Sequence record: OL615012
Source of the DNA: Shigella phage vB_SboM_Phaginator
Strand: one strand, 5' to 3'
DNA length: 64,000 nucleotides
The notes under the pieces were generated by a model. The model made no database searches and was not told the origin of the DNA. It worked only from the letters and a program-made list of their open reading frames with translations. Position 1 is the first letter of the stretch. Each line of letters opens with the position of its first letter. Below, in pieces: positions 28,740 through 42,835 of the stretch. A program made the position numbers and the translations under genes.

Positions 28740-28975
28740 AGTACGCCATACACCCTTTGTGCTTCAACTAATCCATCAAAATCCAGTTTAAGATGCGATA
28801 TTTGATCGCCATCGCCTGGATTCACAATTACTAATACTGAACGAGGAGTTTCGGTAATAACACGAACCGATGTTTCAGGAAATCGTTCAGAAACCTTATT
28901 TACCAATTCCTGTGCAAATAGCTTAACTTTTTCTTGGAATTCTTTAACAGTAATCGGTTTTTCACTTAGCAGCAT
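28736..28975 (-). CDS. Hypothetical protein (cd.2-like)
   Basis: 79-aa ORF. Confidence 0.55.
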   Translation of the reverse strand: MLLSEKPITVKEFQEKVKLFAQELVNKVSERFPETSVRVITETPRSVLVIVNPGDGDQISHLKLDFDGLVEAQRVYGVL

Positions 28976-29036
28976 TTTGTTTTCCTCATTTGTTTGGTAG
29001 AGCTATAATATCACAACTCTACCGTAAAGTAAACTA

Positions 29037-29342
29037 TTAAATCGCTTTGAATTCCGCAGTTTGAGATTCAAAACGAATATCGCCTTTGATGACTAGCTCA
29101 GCATCAAGACCGAATACAACAATGATATGCGCGGAACCTGGATACAGCGTAATGGCAACAGAATCCACCTGGTCTGGAAGCAAAGTGTTCAATACATGAG
29201 TCACTTGAGCGTGGATTCGAAGCTCGGCTGCGTTATCAAGCTTTTCAAACATATTATTAGCGATAATTTGACTAAACACTACTTCTACGATTTTAGAATA
29301 AGTCGGAAACATATTTACCTCACATAATTTTCTTCGAGCCAA
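29037..29342 (-). CDS. Hypothetical protein (cd.3-like)
   Basis: 101-aa ORF. Confidence 0.55.
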   Translation of the reverse strand: MARRKLCEVNMFPTYSKIVEVVFSQIIANNMFEKLDNAAELRIHAQVTHVLNTLLPDQVDSVAITLYPGSAHIIVVFGLDAELVIKGDIRFESQTAEFKAI

Positions 29343-29515
29343 TCAATAACATCCAACGCATTATCAAAAGTTGAACCATCTACTTTGTCTTCTGTTTCAT
29401 AATCAAGAACATCTAAACCTACTCTTCCATCAACAATAGGCCATAAACAAAATAGATATTTCTTTTCTTTTTCAATTTTATCACAAAGACGATAAATCTT
29501 TTCTATGTTATTCAT
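29315..29515 (-). CDS. Hypothetical protein (cd.4-like)
   Basis: 66-aa ORF. Confidence 0.5.
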   Translation of the reverse strand: MNNIEKIYRLCDKIEKEKKYLFCLWPIVDGRVGLDVLDYETEDKVDGSTFDNALDVIDWLEENYVR

Positions 29516-29704
29516 AAGTTTTCCATGGTAAAGGCAGTTTAGTTTTCTTTACTGTTAGTTCAATATCAGGATTCTTTTCTCTTAATTTAAGGCATTCCTC
29601 CCAAGCTCTGATTTCACTAGTGAATACACAAAATTGCCCATTACTAGTACCGACTAAACCACTATTTACAATAATAATAGCCCAAGTTTCATGATGCCAC
29701 GCCA

Positions 29705-29705
<1 letters not shown>
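29508..29705 (-). CDS. Hypothetical protein (cd.5-like)
   Basis: 65-aa ORF. Confidence 0.5.
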
Positions 29706-30908
<1,203 letters not shown>

Positions 30909-30912
<4 letters not shown>

Positions 30913-31139
30913 TTATTTTTCTCAACCAATGATTGAATATAATCATGCAGGTCTTTAGATGCTTTACCCCACTTATTTTGGTATTCATTTTTAAGATTAG
31001 CCCGAGATTGAGCTAATAAAACATCATTAGTTGGAGGTAAAGATTCTAATCGTTGAATCTGGCGTCCATAAATCATTGCAGCCATCTCGGATTCATAAAT
31101 CAATCCTTTGAGATGTTCAAATTGATGCCATGAAATCAT
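30909..31139 (-). CDS. Hypothetical protein
   Basis: 76-aa ORF with ATGA overlap. Confidence 0.55.
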
Positions 31140-31435
31140 TTACATTTATCCTCTTTTAGCTCTTGACGATAATAACATATCATAGTTTTTTGGTCATGTA
31201 CATATCGTTTTACATCATTAAGCCAAATACGAAATTCCTGAGAATCTTCAAATGGCATACCGACCCAAGCTTTACCATCAATAACTTTAACTTGCCAAGA
31301 TAGTTTAGCTTCATCATATGACTTTATTTGTACAGGCCAATTAGGATGAACTGTTTCTTTCTTTACTTCTAGAGGCTTTGTCGAACAACCAACTAGAAGA
31401 CCAATAGATAATATTACTGCTGATAGTTTAATCAT
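31136..31435 (-). CDS. pseT.2: Outer-membrane spanin lipoprotein (o-spanin)
   Basis: 99 aa; signal peptide with lipobox LLVGC; overlaps the i-spanin gene. Confidence 0.8.
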   Translation of the reverse strand: MIKLSAVILSIGLLVGCSTKPLEVKKETVHPNWPVQIKSYDEAKLSWQVKVIDGKAWVGMPFEDSQEFRIWLNDVKRYVHDQKTMICYYRQELKEDKCK

Positions 31436-31785
31436 TTAGAAAGGTCCTGGATGTCTTCTGCGAACTTGTTGAAGGAGTTGTTGATTTGTTTTTCAACCAA
31501 TCCTGGCTTATGAGCCACCACATCCGCCTTCTTTGCGTCTTTGCGCAGTTTTTCATTTTCACGCTCAATAGCAGCAATTGCCTCACGATTTTTATTATTC
31601 ATCGCATCAATATAATTATACTGAATTCGCAAATTATTTAATGCTAAGGCGTTTTCATTGGCTGTTTTTGTAATTTCAGTAACTGATGTTTCTAATCTTT
31701 CTACCTTATTTTTTAAAATAATAGATGTTCCGCCAAATGCTATTACAAGTAATAGCAATCCAGCTGTAAAATTACTTACATGCAT
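31432..31785 (-). CDS. pseT.3: Inner-membrane spanin (i-spanin)
   Basis: 117 aa; N-terminal transmembrane helix (FTAGLLLLVIAFGGTSIIL) then predicted coiled coil. Confidence 0.8.
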   Translation of the reverse strand: MHVSNFTAGLLLLVIAFGGTSIILKNKVERLETSVTEITKTANENALALNNLRIQYNYIDAMNNKNREAIAAIERENEKLRKDAKKADVVAHKPGLVEKQINNSFNKFAEDIQDLSK

Positions 31786-32279
31786 AAAGTTTTAATAACC
31801 TCTATAATATCGTCTTGAGAAAGACCGTTAATTAAAATATGATGTTCAGCCGGAGATTTAGAAATTTTAAAGCATGCCTCAACATCTTCTGCCATATCCG
31901 ATGCGCTACGATTTGGATTACTAATTCCAAGACGATGTTTTCCCGTCAAAGGATTAACGATGATATAGCATTTACAGCTATTGATATGAACATTAGGCTG
32001 AGTCTGATTAATGAATACTTCGCACTCATACTTAGCGAGTTGATTTTCTAAAAAGACTTTCATCTCTTCAACCGCATCAGGAAGCATATCACGGGCTTGC
32101 TCAAGACGACGATTTCGATATTCTTTAATGGTCGTTTTCCGCTTAACTTGCTTAGCTAAATCTTTCTTAAGATCGGTGATATATCCAACTCGACGATTTC
32201 CTTTGAATACAGAAATCCCATCTGTAGTATCACCGTATGCTTCAACGACCATTTCAGTAGTAATGAGCTGCAAATCCAT
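31776..32279 (-). CDS. alc: Alc, host transcription terminator/unfolder
   Basis: 167 aa from the second Met (MDLQLITTEMVVEAYG…); early-type promoter and SD GAGGA upstream. Confidence 0.9.
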   Translation of the reverse strand: MDLQLITTEMVVEAYGDTTDGISVFKGNRRVGYITDLKKDLAKQVKRKTTIKEYRNRRLEQARDMLPDAVEEMKVFLENQLAKYECEVFINQTQPNVHINSCKCYIIVNPLTGKHRLGISNPNRSASDMAEDVEACFKISKSPAEHHILINGLSQDDIIEVIKTLCM

Positions 32280-32310
32280 CATAAAGTCCTCATGTTATGT
32301 CAGTAAGACT

Positions 32311-32340
32311 ACTATAACACAACATGAGGGACTTGTAAAC
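32311..32340 (-). promoter_or_regulatory. Early promoter upstream of alc
   Basis: Minus strand reads GTTTAC, 18-nt spacer, TATAGT, then SD GAGGA and ATG. Confidence 0.5.
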
Positions 32341-32343
32341 AGC

Positions 32344-33931
<1,588 letters not shown>

Positions 33932-33965
33932 AATAAAATGGGCCTTGCGGCCCACTCCTTAAAAG
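33932..33965 (-). promoter_or_regulatory. Split ribosome-binding site of denA
   Basis: mRNA reads AAGGAG-tGGGCC-gcaa-GGCCCa-ttttatt-AUG; hairpin sits between SD and start. Confidence 0.45.
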
Positions 33966-35137
33966 TATTTTTTAAAACTCATCATAACTTTATCATCAAC
34001 ATCATTATCAATCTGTGCAACAAGGTAAGATGACAGTTCTACTTCTTGTGGCGCGGATTGAACATTATCAGAATTAAGATATTCACGAATCCAAGGATAT
34101 GGATGTTTAACCGGGGCATCGGTAATTGGGCATGGAAGACCACACTGTTTCATACGAGATACAGTTAAGTAATCAATAAAGCTCCACATGCTATTTGTAT
34201 TTAATCCGGGAACGTCTCCATCTTTAAATAAATGAACTGCCCAATCTTTTTCTTGGCGGTTAACTTCCATGAAAATATCAACTGCTTCTTGTTCACACTC
34301 TTGAGCAATTTTAACCCATTCATCACCATCAGTGCCAAGCTGAAGTTGACGAATAATATATTGAGTGCCTTTAAGGTGAAGTTGTTCATCACGTGCAATG
34401 AACTTCATAATCTTGGCATTACCTTCCATGATTTCCATGTTCTTATGGAAGTTAAAGGTACATGCGAAAGATACATAAAAACGAATAGCTTCAAGGGCAT
34501 TAATAACATGCAGACACAGATAAAGCGACTTCATTAGCTCACGCTTCCAATATGTCTCATGCTCAATAGCATCTTCAATAACGTCTTCGTCTGCATTAAT
34601 TTCTTTTTGGTATTCGATATCAGCTTTAGCGTTTTCCCAATAACGAGTTTTAATCAGAACGTCATCATAATAACGTCCAATGGATTCAGCGCGTTTCATA
34701 ATAGCTTCATCTAATACAATCTCATCAAATACCTTTGACGGATCAGTATAAAGATTTCGCATGATATGAGTATATGAACGACTGTGAATAGTTTCACTAA
34801 AAGTCCATGTAGCAACCCATGTATCAAGACTTGGGTCTGAAATTAATGACATAAGTACAGCAGATGGTGCACGACCCTGAATGCTATCCAAAAGTGATTG
34901 ATACTTCAGATTATTAGTAAAAATATTCTGCTGATACTGAGGAAGCTTATTAAACTGTGCAGCATCCATCATCAAGTTTACTTCTTCAGGACGCCAGAAA
35001 AATGATAATTGCTTTTCGGTTAAATCTTCAAAAACTTTATGGCGTTGAATATCATAACGCGCAATACCAAGACCTGAACCAAAAAACATGGGTTCTTTTA
35101 AAACATCAACTGGATTTGTGTTAAAAACTGTGCTCAT
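33959..35137 (-). CDS. nrdB: Ribonucleotide reductase small subunit, uninterrupted
   Basis: 392-aa continuous ORF with no intron. Confidence 0.95.
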   Translation of the reverse strand: MSTVFNTNPVDVLKEPMFFGSGLGIARYDIQRHKVFEDLTEKQLSFFWRPEEVNLMMDAAQFNKLPQYQQNIFTNNLKYQSLLDSIQGRAPSAVLMSLISDPSLDTWVATWTFSETIHSRSYTHIMRNLYTDPSKVFDEIVLDEAIMKRAESIGRYYDDVLIKTRYWENAKADIEYQKEINADEDVIEDAIEHETYWKRELMKSLYLCLHVINALEAIRFYVSFACTFNFHKNMEIMEGNAKIMKFIARDEQLHLKGTQYIIRQLQLGTDGDEWVKIAQECEQEAVDIFMEVNRQEKDWAVHLFKDGDVPGLNTNSMWSFIDYLTVSRMKQCGLPCPITDAPVKHPYPWIREYLNSDNVQSAPQEVELSSYLVAQIDNDVDDKVMMSFKKYF

Positions 35138-35188
35138 AAATTTTCCACTTAGTTAATAGATAGTGACTCGTCCATGAGTCAAATTATA

Positions 35189-37453
35189 TCATAATTTACA
35201 GGATGAACAATCTTCAGCTTTTGGAGTTTCTATTTCATAATCATCAGTACCAGAACCATCACGGGTATTATGATAATAGAAATTTTTTCCGCCAAAATAC
35301 CAAAAATACAAAAGGTCATCAATCATTATTGACATTGGAACCTTTCCTTTTGGAAAAATCTGTGGGTCATAATATGTATTCGCTGAAGCTGATTGACATA
35401 CCCATTTCAGCATAATAGCTACCTGAGTAAGATAAGGTTTATTACCTTTCTTAGCTAATTTCCATGTATAATCATAGAGGTCTATGTTATGCTCAATATT
35501 GGGCACGACTTGATTAAAGGAGCCCTCTTTTGATTCTTTAACACTTACCGGTCCACGTGGAGGCTCGATACCGTTTGTACTGTTAGAAACTTGGGAAGAT
35601 GACTCACATGGCATAAGTGCTGATAATGTGCTATTACGGATGCCAAAGAGCTTAAGGTCTTCCCGCAGCGACGACCAGTCACAAACGTATTTTGGAGCTG
35701 CGATTTGGTCAATCTTTTTATTGTACCAGTCGATAGGTAATTCGCCTCGAGACCAACGAGTGTCTGAATAATATTCGCAAGGTCCTTTTTCTTTGGCGAG
35801 CTTAATGGATGCTTTAATGAGTCCATACTGTAATCTCTCAAATAGTTCATGTGTTAAATCGTTAGCATCTTCATAAGAAGCAAAGTTACTTGCCAGCCAA
35901 GCTGCATAGTTGGTAACACCTACACCAAGGTTACGACGCTTTTTAGCTTTTTCTGCTTCAGGAACTGGATATCCTTGGTAATCCAAAAGATTATCAAGAG
36001 CACGAACTTGAACTTCTGCCAATTCATTAATTTTATCTTGGTCTTGCCAGTCAAAATTATCCAGTACGAATGCAGAGAGAGTACACAATCCAATTTCAGC
36101 ATCAGGACTATTCACATCATTTGTTGGAATAGCAATTTCACAACACAAGTTACTCTGACGAATAGGTGCCTTTTCACGAATAAACGGAGTGTAGTTATTC
36201 GTATTATCAATGAACTGCACATAAATCCTTGCTGTTCCTGAACGTTCAGTCATGAGCAATTCAAATAGTTCACGAGCTTTAATACGCTTTTTACGAATAT
36301 TAGGGTCTTTTTCTGCTGCTTCGTATAATTCACGGAAACGGTCTTGGTCTTTAAAATAAGAATAATAAAGCTCACCACCCATTTCATGTGGACTGAACAA
36401 AGTAATGTAATCATTCTTTCCAAAACGTTCCATCATCAGGTCATTCAGCTGAACACCATAATCCATATGACGAATGCGGTTTTCTTCTACGCCTTTGTTA
36501 TTTTTCAAAACAAGAAGATTTTCAACTTCCAAATGCCAAATAGGATAATAAGCAGTAGCAGCGCCGCCACGAATTCCACCTTGTGAGCATGATTTAACAG
36601 CAGTCTGAAAATGTTTCCAAAAAGGAATAACACCAGTATGGCGTACTTCACCCATGCCAATCTTAGAACCTTCGGCACGAATCATACCAACGTTAATACC
36701 AATTCCAGCGCGTTTAGAGATATATTCAACAATTGAAGCGGAAGCCTTATTGATAGACTTTAATGAATCACCTGCCTCAATAACAACGCATGAACTAAAC
36801 TGCCGAGTTGGAGTACGGCAACCAGCCATAATAGGAGTTGGCAATGAAATCTGTCGAGTAGATACTGCTTCATAAAAACGGATAACATGTTTTAGTCTAT
36901 CAACAGGTTCATCTTGATGCAATGCCATTCCAATAGTCATAAATGCAAACTGTGGAGTTTCATAAATTTGACCAGTGGTTTTATCTTTAACTAGATATTT
37001 TTCTTTTAATTGCATCGCCCCGGAATAAGTAAATTCCATATCCCGCTCGTGCTTAATTTTTGATTCTAAAAATGTAATTTCTTCTGCTGAATATTTTGAC
37101 AATAATTCAGGGTCATATTTACCTTCATTTACACAGTAAGAAATATGGTCAATAAATGAACGTGGTTCATATTGTCCGTAAACATGCTTACGAAGAGCGA
37201 ACATTAAACAACGTGCAGCTACATATTGATAATCAGATTCTTCAACCGAAATAGAATTCGCAGCGGCCTTAATGACAATAGTCTGAATATCATCAGTTGT
37301 CATTCCATCACGGAGATAAGATTTAATATTTTCATATAATTCATAAGGATCTACTGATGTTCCTTCAGCTGCCCAAGATAAAACTTTAATAATTTTTTGT
37401 GGGTCAAAGCTCTGAGAAACACCACTACTTTTGATAACATTAATTAATTGCAT
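35189..37453 (-). CDS. nrdA: Ribonucleotide reductase large subunit
   Basis: 754 aa; class I RNR active-site region (…SNLCCEIA…) and C-terminal Cys pair. Confidence 0.95.
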   Translation of the reverse strand: MQLINVIKSSGVSQSFDPQKIIKVLSWAAEGTSVDPYELYENIKSYLRDGMTTDDIQTIVIKAAANSISVEESDYQYVAARCLMFALRKHVYGQYEPRSFIDHISYCVNEGKYDPELLSKYSAEEITFLESKIKHERDMEFTYSGAMQLKEKYLVKDKTTGQIYETPQFAFMTIGMALHQDEPVDRLKHVIRFYEAVSTRQISLPTPIMAGCRTPTRQFSSCVVIEAGDSLKSINKASASIVEYISKRAGIGINVGMIRAEGSKIGMGEVRHTGVIPFWKHFQTAVKSCSQGGIRGGAATAYYPIWHLEVENLLVLKNNKGVEENRIRHMDYGVQLNDLMMERFGKNDYITLFSPHEMGGELYYSYFKDQDRFRELYEAAEKDPNIRKKRIKARELFELLMTERSGTARIYVQFIDNTNNYTPFIREKAPIRQSNLCCEIAIPTNDVNSPDAEIGLCTLSAFVLDNFDWQDQDKINELAEVQVRALDNLLDYQGYPVPEAEKAKKRRNLGVGVTNYAAWLASNFASYEDANDLTHELFERLQYGLIKASIKLAKEKGPCEYYSDTRWSRGELPIDWYNKKIDQIAAPKYVCDWSSLREDLKLFGIRNSTLSALMPCESSSQVSNSTNGIEPPRGPVSVKESKEGSFNQVVPNIEHNIDLYDYTWKLAKKGNKPYLTQVAIMLKWVCQSASANTYYDPQIFPKGKVPMSIMIDDLLYFWYFGGKNFYYHNTRDGSGTDDYEIETPKAEDCSSCKL

Positions 37454-37770
37454 AAGTCCTCAACTTGAAAATCGTCTTTAAACAATCGGTTAACTATATG
37501 AGCTATTATATCACCATGACACGGCTTTGGTTTACATGTGCATCCTAGCCTCATTCCACGTAAAGGCTCTAAATGTGCTTTAGTTATTTCTCCGGATTTA
37601 ATTCGACGTATAAAATCTTTTTTGAATAATTCAATGGCAGCCTCCCGGCTGCCAGCATCTTTACCGACGTAATTTCCCCAAAATGTACCACGGTGAATAT
37701 TAACATCAAAGTCGGATTTATATTTATTCACTACCCGGCATAGACGGCCCACGCTGGAATAATTCGTCAT
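37444..37770 (-). CDS. Small Cys/His-motif protein (nrdA.1-like position)
   Basis: 108 aa; motif …FWGNYVGK…[13 protein letters not shown]…. Confidence 0.6.
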
Positions 37771-37987
37771 ATTGTTTTTCCGTTAATACAGTAATATCAT
37801 AGTAACAATCGGAAGAAGTTTTAACTGTGGAAATTTTATTATCAAAATACTCACGAGTCATTTTATGAGTATAGTATTTTTTACCATAAATGGTAATAGG
37901 CTGTTCTGGTCCTGGAACTTCTAACTCGCTTGGGTTAGGAAGTGTAAAAAGAACAACGCCAGAAGTATCTTTAAATCGTAAAATCAT
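37724..37987 (-). CDS. Hypothetical protein (nrdA.2-like position)
   Basis: 87-aa ORF. Confidence 0.55.
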
Positions 37988-38844
37988 ATTGCCATTTTCC
38001 CTTTAATTGCTGGATGCGATTCATAATTTTCAAGGATAAAATCTTTCGGTTTCATGTATTCAGTTAACCAGTAAAGCTGTGTTTCGGTGTCACAATTTCC
38101 AAACTCTATAGGCCAATCAATTTTAAGTTCACATAGTTCTTTAGGCTCACGACGTAAAATTTCTTTACATTGCTCAGTATGATTCATATAGATGTGAGTA
38201 TTACCACCAGAAAATATCAAATCTCCTGGGATAAGATTACACATCTTAGCCACAATATGCGTCAAGGCAGCGTACGAGGCAATGTTGAATGGCAATCCCA
38301 AGAAAACATCTACACTTCTTTGGTACCATTGTAAATCAAGATAACCATTACGCACATTAAACTGATAGAACATATGACAGGGCGGTAATGCCATTTGATT
38401 GATTTCAGCTGGATTCCATGCTGAAACGATTTGACGTCGATCAGTTGGTAATTTTTTAATACGATCAATAGTTTCAACTAATTGATCCACACCACCGAAA
38501 TCACGCCACTGTTTTCCATAAATTGGACCAAGTTCACCACTATGATATCCTAGGTCTTTAGCTTGGTTTTCATAATTGTCATCCCAGATAGTTTTACCTT
38601 GAATAAGACTACCATGAGTACGAAGACGCAAATCATTAACATTGGTAGAACCGGAAATAAACCATAGAAGCTCAGCAATACATGCGTTCCAGGCGAGCTT
38701 TTTAGTTGTTACTGCAGGAAAGCCTTTAGTTAAATCCCAACGCAATTTAGTACCGAACAAAGCGATTGTTCCTGTGCCTGTACGATCATCGGTTTCATAA
38801 CCATTTTCAAAAATGTCTTTAATTAAATCTTGGTATTGTTTCAT
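37984..38844 (-). CDS. td: Thymidylate synthase, uninterrupted
   Basis: 286-aa continuous [29 protein letters not shown]…, with active-site region …[11 protein letters not shown]…; no intron. Confidence 0.95.
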
Positions 38845-38859
38845 TTAACACCTATATAA

Positions 38860-40056
<1,197 letters not shown>

Positions 40057-40066
40057 ATTATTTTCC

Positions 40067-40309
40067 TCAAATAGACTTTTTCACAATTTTCCAATCAGCT
40101 TTAAACTGCTCGACGTCAGAATGATAAATCCAGAATCCTGCGCTTTCTCCATCCTCATAAAGAGGGCATCTATCACATTCATCTTCCCATCCCATATCAC
40201 GTAAAAGATGTTCAGCTTTTTCAACAAGTTCAGAATCTTTACCGATGATATTAAAATACCATTTACCTCTAACTTCCGAATCTTTGATGCTCTGACGTTG
40301 TAATCTCAT
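40067..40309 (-). CDS. Hypothetical protein (frd.2-like)
   Basis: 80-aa ORF; SD GAGGAG and early-type promoter upstream. Confidence 0.6.
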   Translation of the reverse strand: MRLQRQSIKDSEVRGKWYFNIIGKDSELVEKAEHLLRDMGWEDECDRCPLYEDGESAGFWIYHSDVEQFKADWKIVKKSI

Positions 40310-40366
40310 TTTATTCTCCTCAGTAGTTGATAAGGCTATAGTATCATTACCATAGCCCGTTGTAAA

Positions 40367-40753
40367 CTACTTTTTGAAAGTTTTTCGCAAAAGTTCAATG
40401 ATTTCATCTACATTGTTTTCATCTACAATGCAGTGAATTTTTGTTACGCCAGAAACTATACCTTCATTAGCGGATTGAGGCTTTTCTAAAGTTACCTCAG
40501 TAAAGTATTTGAATTCTTCAGAGTAAATCTCAAAATACGTCTCAAGTGGGCCACCCGCCATGTATTCAGTGCCATCTTCCATAGTTACACGTACCACACA
40601 TTCACCAGCACAATCATCACTTTCCATTTCATCTACAACAAAACTAGGTCCGTGCTTCTCTATTAAATTTAGCATCATTACATTGCAACGACACTCGTTA
40701 GCAAAGTCATTTTTAAATAAAGGGTTAATGATATAAGTTTTTCCAACTTCCAT
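40367..40753 (-). CDS. Hypothetical Cys-rich protein (frd.3-like)
   Basis: 128-aa ORF; SD GAGGA. Confidence 0.6.
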   Translation of the reverse strand: MEVGKTYIINPLFKNDFANECRCNVMMLNLIEKHGPSFVVDEMESDDCAGECVVRVTMEDGTEYMAGGPLETYFEIYSEEFKYFTEVTLEKPQSANEGIVSGVTKIHCIVDENNVDEIIELLRKTFKK

Positions 40754-40797
40754 TTTGATTTCCTCATTTTAATAGGGGCTTGATAGCCCCTTGATAA

Positions 40798-41028
40798 TTA
40801 TTGTTCAATCAGTCCCATGTAAAATTCTGCGTCTTCAGAATCCATGCCATCGCAATATTCATTAGCCATAAAGCGGGTGAGGTCTTCAAGAGGACCTTCA
40901 ATGACAATAGAAAAATTGCAATAATTGGGATCATCGTGAATACTTGTGATACTAAGTTCAGGATAACGATTACGAATAATTTCTTCAATATATTCAAAAT
41001 CAACGATGTCAATATCAACTTTAGCCAT
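40798..41028 (-). CDS. Hypothetical acidic protein
   Basis: Trimmed from the 97-aa track ORF to the internal ATG ([13 protein letters not shown]…), which has SD AAGAGGAAA 8 nt upstream; the track N-terminus overlaps the promoter. Confidence 0.6.
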   Translation of the reverse strand: MAKVDIDIVDFEYIEEIIRNRYPELSITSIHDDPNYCNFSIVIEGPLEDLTRFMANEYCDGMDSEDAEFYMGLIEQ

Positions 41029-41071
41029 ATTATTTTCCTCTTTAATCATCAGCAGTATTGCCGATAGTTGT

Positions 41072-41101
41072 ATAGTACCATGGAAGGACAAGGATGTAAA
41101 C
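41072..41101 (-). promoter_or_regulatory. Early promoter upstream of the 76-aa ORF
   Basis: Minus strand GTTTAC, 18-nt spacer, TACTAT; A/T-rich upstream element shared with two other loci. Confidence 0.45.
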
Positions 41102-41124
41102 CGTTTTGTGAAAAAATTTTTGAA

Positions 41125-41151
41125 ATAAAAAAGGGGACCTCTAGGGTCCCC
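41125..41151 (-). terminator. Intrinsic terminator downstream of gene 32
   Basis: Minus strand: hairpin ggggacc-ctaga-ggtcccc followed by TTTTTTATTTC. Confidence 0.65.
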
Positions 41152-41173
41152 AATTAATTAGTAATATAATCTA

Positions 41174-42082
41174 TTAAAGGTCATTCAAAAGGTCATCTAG
41201 GTCCGTGTCATCAGCACTAGATGAACTGCCAGAGCTTGAGCTCATAAAATCATCTTCAGTTTTTGTATTGAAGTCATCAACATTGAATGCATCCAAATCA
41301 TCAGCAACTTTATCAGCTTTCTTAGCGGCAGTTGCTGCGGCACCACCCATCACAGCAGTTCCCATGACTTGACCGAATTTAGTGCTCAGTTCTTCAAACG
41401 ATTTGAATTTATCTTTAGAAGTCATTTCAGAAAGGTCAACCATTTGTTCGAACAGTTCTTTCTGGAAAGATTCATCGTCAATGTTTGGAATCGCAGATTG
41501 ATTCAGGAATTTAGATTCATCGTAGTTACTAAATCCAGAAACTTGTTTAACTTTCAGTACAAAGTTAGCACCTTCCCACGGACAAGTTACATCAACCGGA
41601 GTTTCACCCATTTCAACATCAACTGCAATCATTGCGTTGATTTTATCCCAGATTTTCTTACCGAAACGATATTTAAATACTTTACCTTCATTTTCTGGAG
41701 CAGCTGGGTCTTTTACAACAAGAATGTTAGCCCAGTAAGAAGTTTTACGTTTAACAAGACTGTACTCTTTATTGTCAGTGTTGTACAAATCATTTTTACT
41801 GATGTACTGACATACTGGGCAAGAATCGTAATCACCGTGGGTAGATGAGCAATTTTCGATATACCATTTACCATTTTTCTTGAAACCATGATTTACAAGA
41901 ATTGCGAATGGTGCTTGTTCATCATTTTTAGACGGAAGAAAACGAATTACTGCTTGACCGTTACCCGCATTGTCGAGTTTCAGTTTCCACTCGCCTTTGT
42001 CTTCAGAAGAAAAACCACCTTTATTTCCAGCCAGTTTAGCCATTTGTGCAGCAAGTTCAGCAGTAGATTTACGTTTAAACAT
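41174..42082 (-). CDS. 32: Single-stranded DNA-binding protein gp32
   Basis: 302 aa, [50 protein letters not shown]…; acidic C-terminus. Confidence 0.97.
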   Translation of the reverse strand: MFKRKSTAELAAQMAKLAGNKGGFSSEDKGEWKLKLDNAGNGQAVIRFLPSKNDEQAPFAILVNHGFKKNGKWYIENCSSTHGDYDSCPVCQYISKNDLYNTDNKEYSLVKRKTSYWANILVVKDPAAPENEGKVFKYRFGKKIWDKINAMIAVDVEMGETPVDVTCPWEGANFVLKVKQVSGFSNYDESKFLNQSAIPNIDDESFQKELFEQMVDLSEMTSKDKFKSFEELSTKFGQVMGTAVMGGAAATAAKKADKVADDLDAFNVDDFNTKTEDDFMSSSSGSSSSADDTDLDDLLNDL

Positions 42083-42181
42083 TTTTATTTCCTTTTTAAT
42101 TTAATTAACAGTTGGTGCTATGACGATGTATGACCTCATAGCTGGTCAGTGAGATAATTATAATCTATTTATAATAAGCAA
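42083..42181 (-). promoter_or_regulatory. Gene 32 5' leader (expected site of the gp32 autoregulatory translational operator)
   Basis: A/U-rich untranslated leader directly upstream of the gene 32 ATG; role assigned from T4 knowledge, structure not modelled. Confidence 0.4.
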
Positions 42182-42835
42182 TTAATACTTACAAGATTTC
42201 ACAGTTTCAATAAAAACTTTTTTAGCTTTCTGTGAATCAATATTTAAAATTTTTCTATAAGCCTTTAACTTTATAGAATAATTATTCCAGACTAAATTAT
42301 CAGTCTGTTCATCATGTTTATCAATTATATTTAAAAACGAATCAAGCAAGATAAACGTCTCAAACGAAATTATATTCGATTGCAGAAGTTTAAAAATATA
42401 ACTTGATTGAACCTTTGGATTATATTCAAAGATTTCTTTAAAAGCAGAAACTTCAACTTTTTTACTAAAATAATAAATGTTGCGAATATCTTCTTCAAAC
42501 TTAAATTTAATTTGCTTTAAGCGTCCGATATATTCACGATAAAACACAAGTGCATCAGCGTCAGAGATGTCGCCAATCCAAGCATCTTGGTTAGCAACCA
42601 AATTACTTATAAAAATTAAAGCAAGTTCCTTTAATTTATATTTTTCTGATAACTTCTGGAAAAAATACTTATCCCTTCGCTTTTGATAAGCGGCATCAGA
42701 CACCCGCATGCACCAATTATACTTAATAACATCATACTTTCCATTCATATGCTGTTTTATCATTAAGTATAATTTATAAACTGATTTACCATCAATGTAT
42801 CTTTCACCACCAGCAGGCATGCGGAGTTTAATCAT
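42182..42835 (-). CDS. 59: Helicase loader gp59
   Basis: 217 aa, MIKLRMPAGGERYIDGKSVYKLYLMIKQHMNGKYD…. Confidence 0.95.
   Translation of the reverse strand: MIKLRMPAGGERYIDGKSVYKLYLMIKQHMNGKYDVIKYNWCMRVSDAAYQKRRDKYFFQKLSEKYKLKELALIFISNLVANQDAWIGDISDADALVFYREYIGRLKQIKFKFEEDIRNIYYFSKKVEVSAFKEIFEYNPKVQSSYIFKLLQSNIISFETFILLDSFLNIIDKHDEQTDNLVWNNYSIKLKAYRKILNIDSQKAKKVFIETVKSCKY

Noticed and set aside
33932-33955. N-terminal extension of denA (MGRKAHFI…) in the ORF track
   Set aside because: It starts at a GTG inside the SD-proximal hairpin; the ATG at 33931 gives the expected 136-aa EndoII.
33959-38844. Possible group I introns in nrdB or td
   Set aside because: Both genes translate as single uninterrupted ORFs of full expected length; no intron-sized insertion or internal endonuclease ORF is present.
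41029-41091. N-terminal 21 codons of the 97-aa ORF 40798-41091
   Set aside because: Overlaps promoter sequence and lacks an SD; the internal ATG at 41028 has a strong AAGAGGAAA SD.
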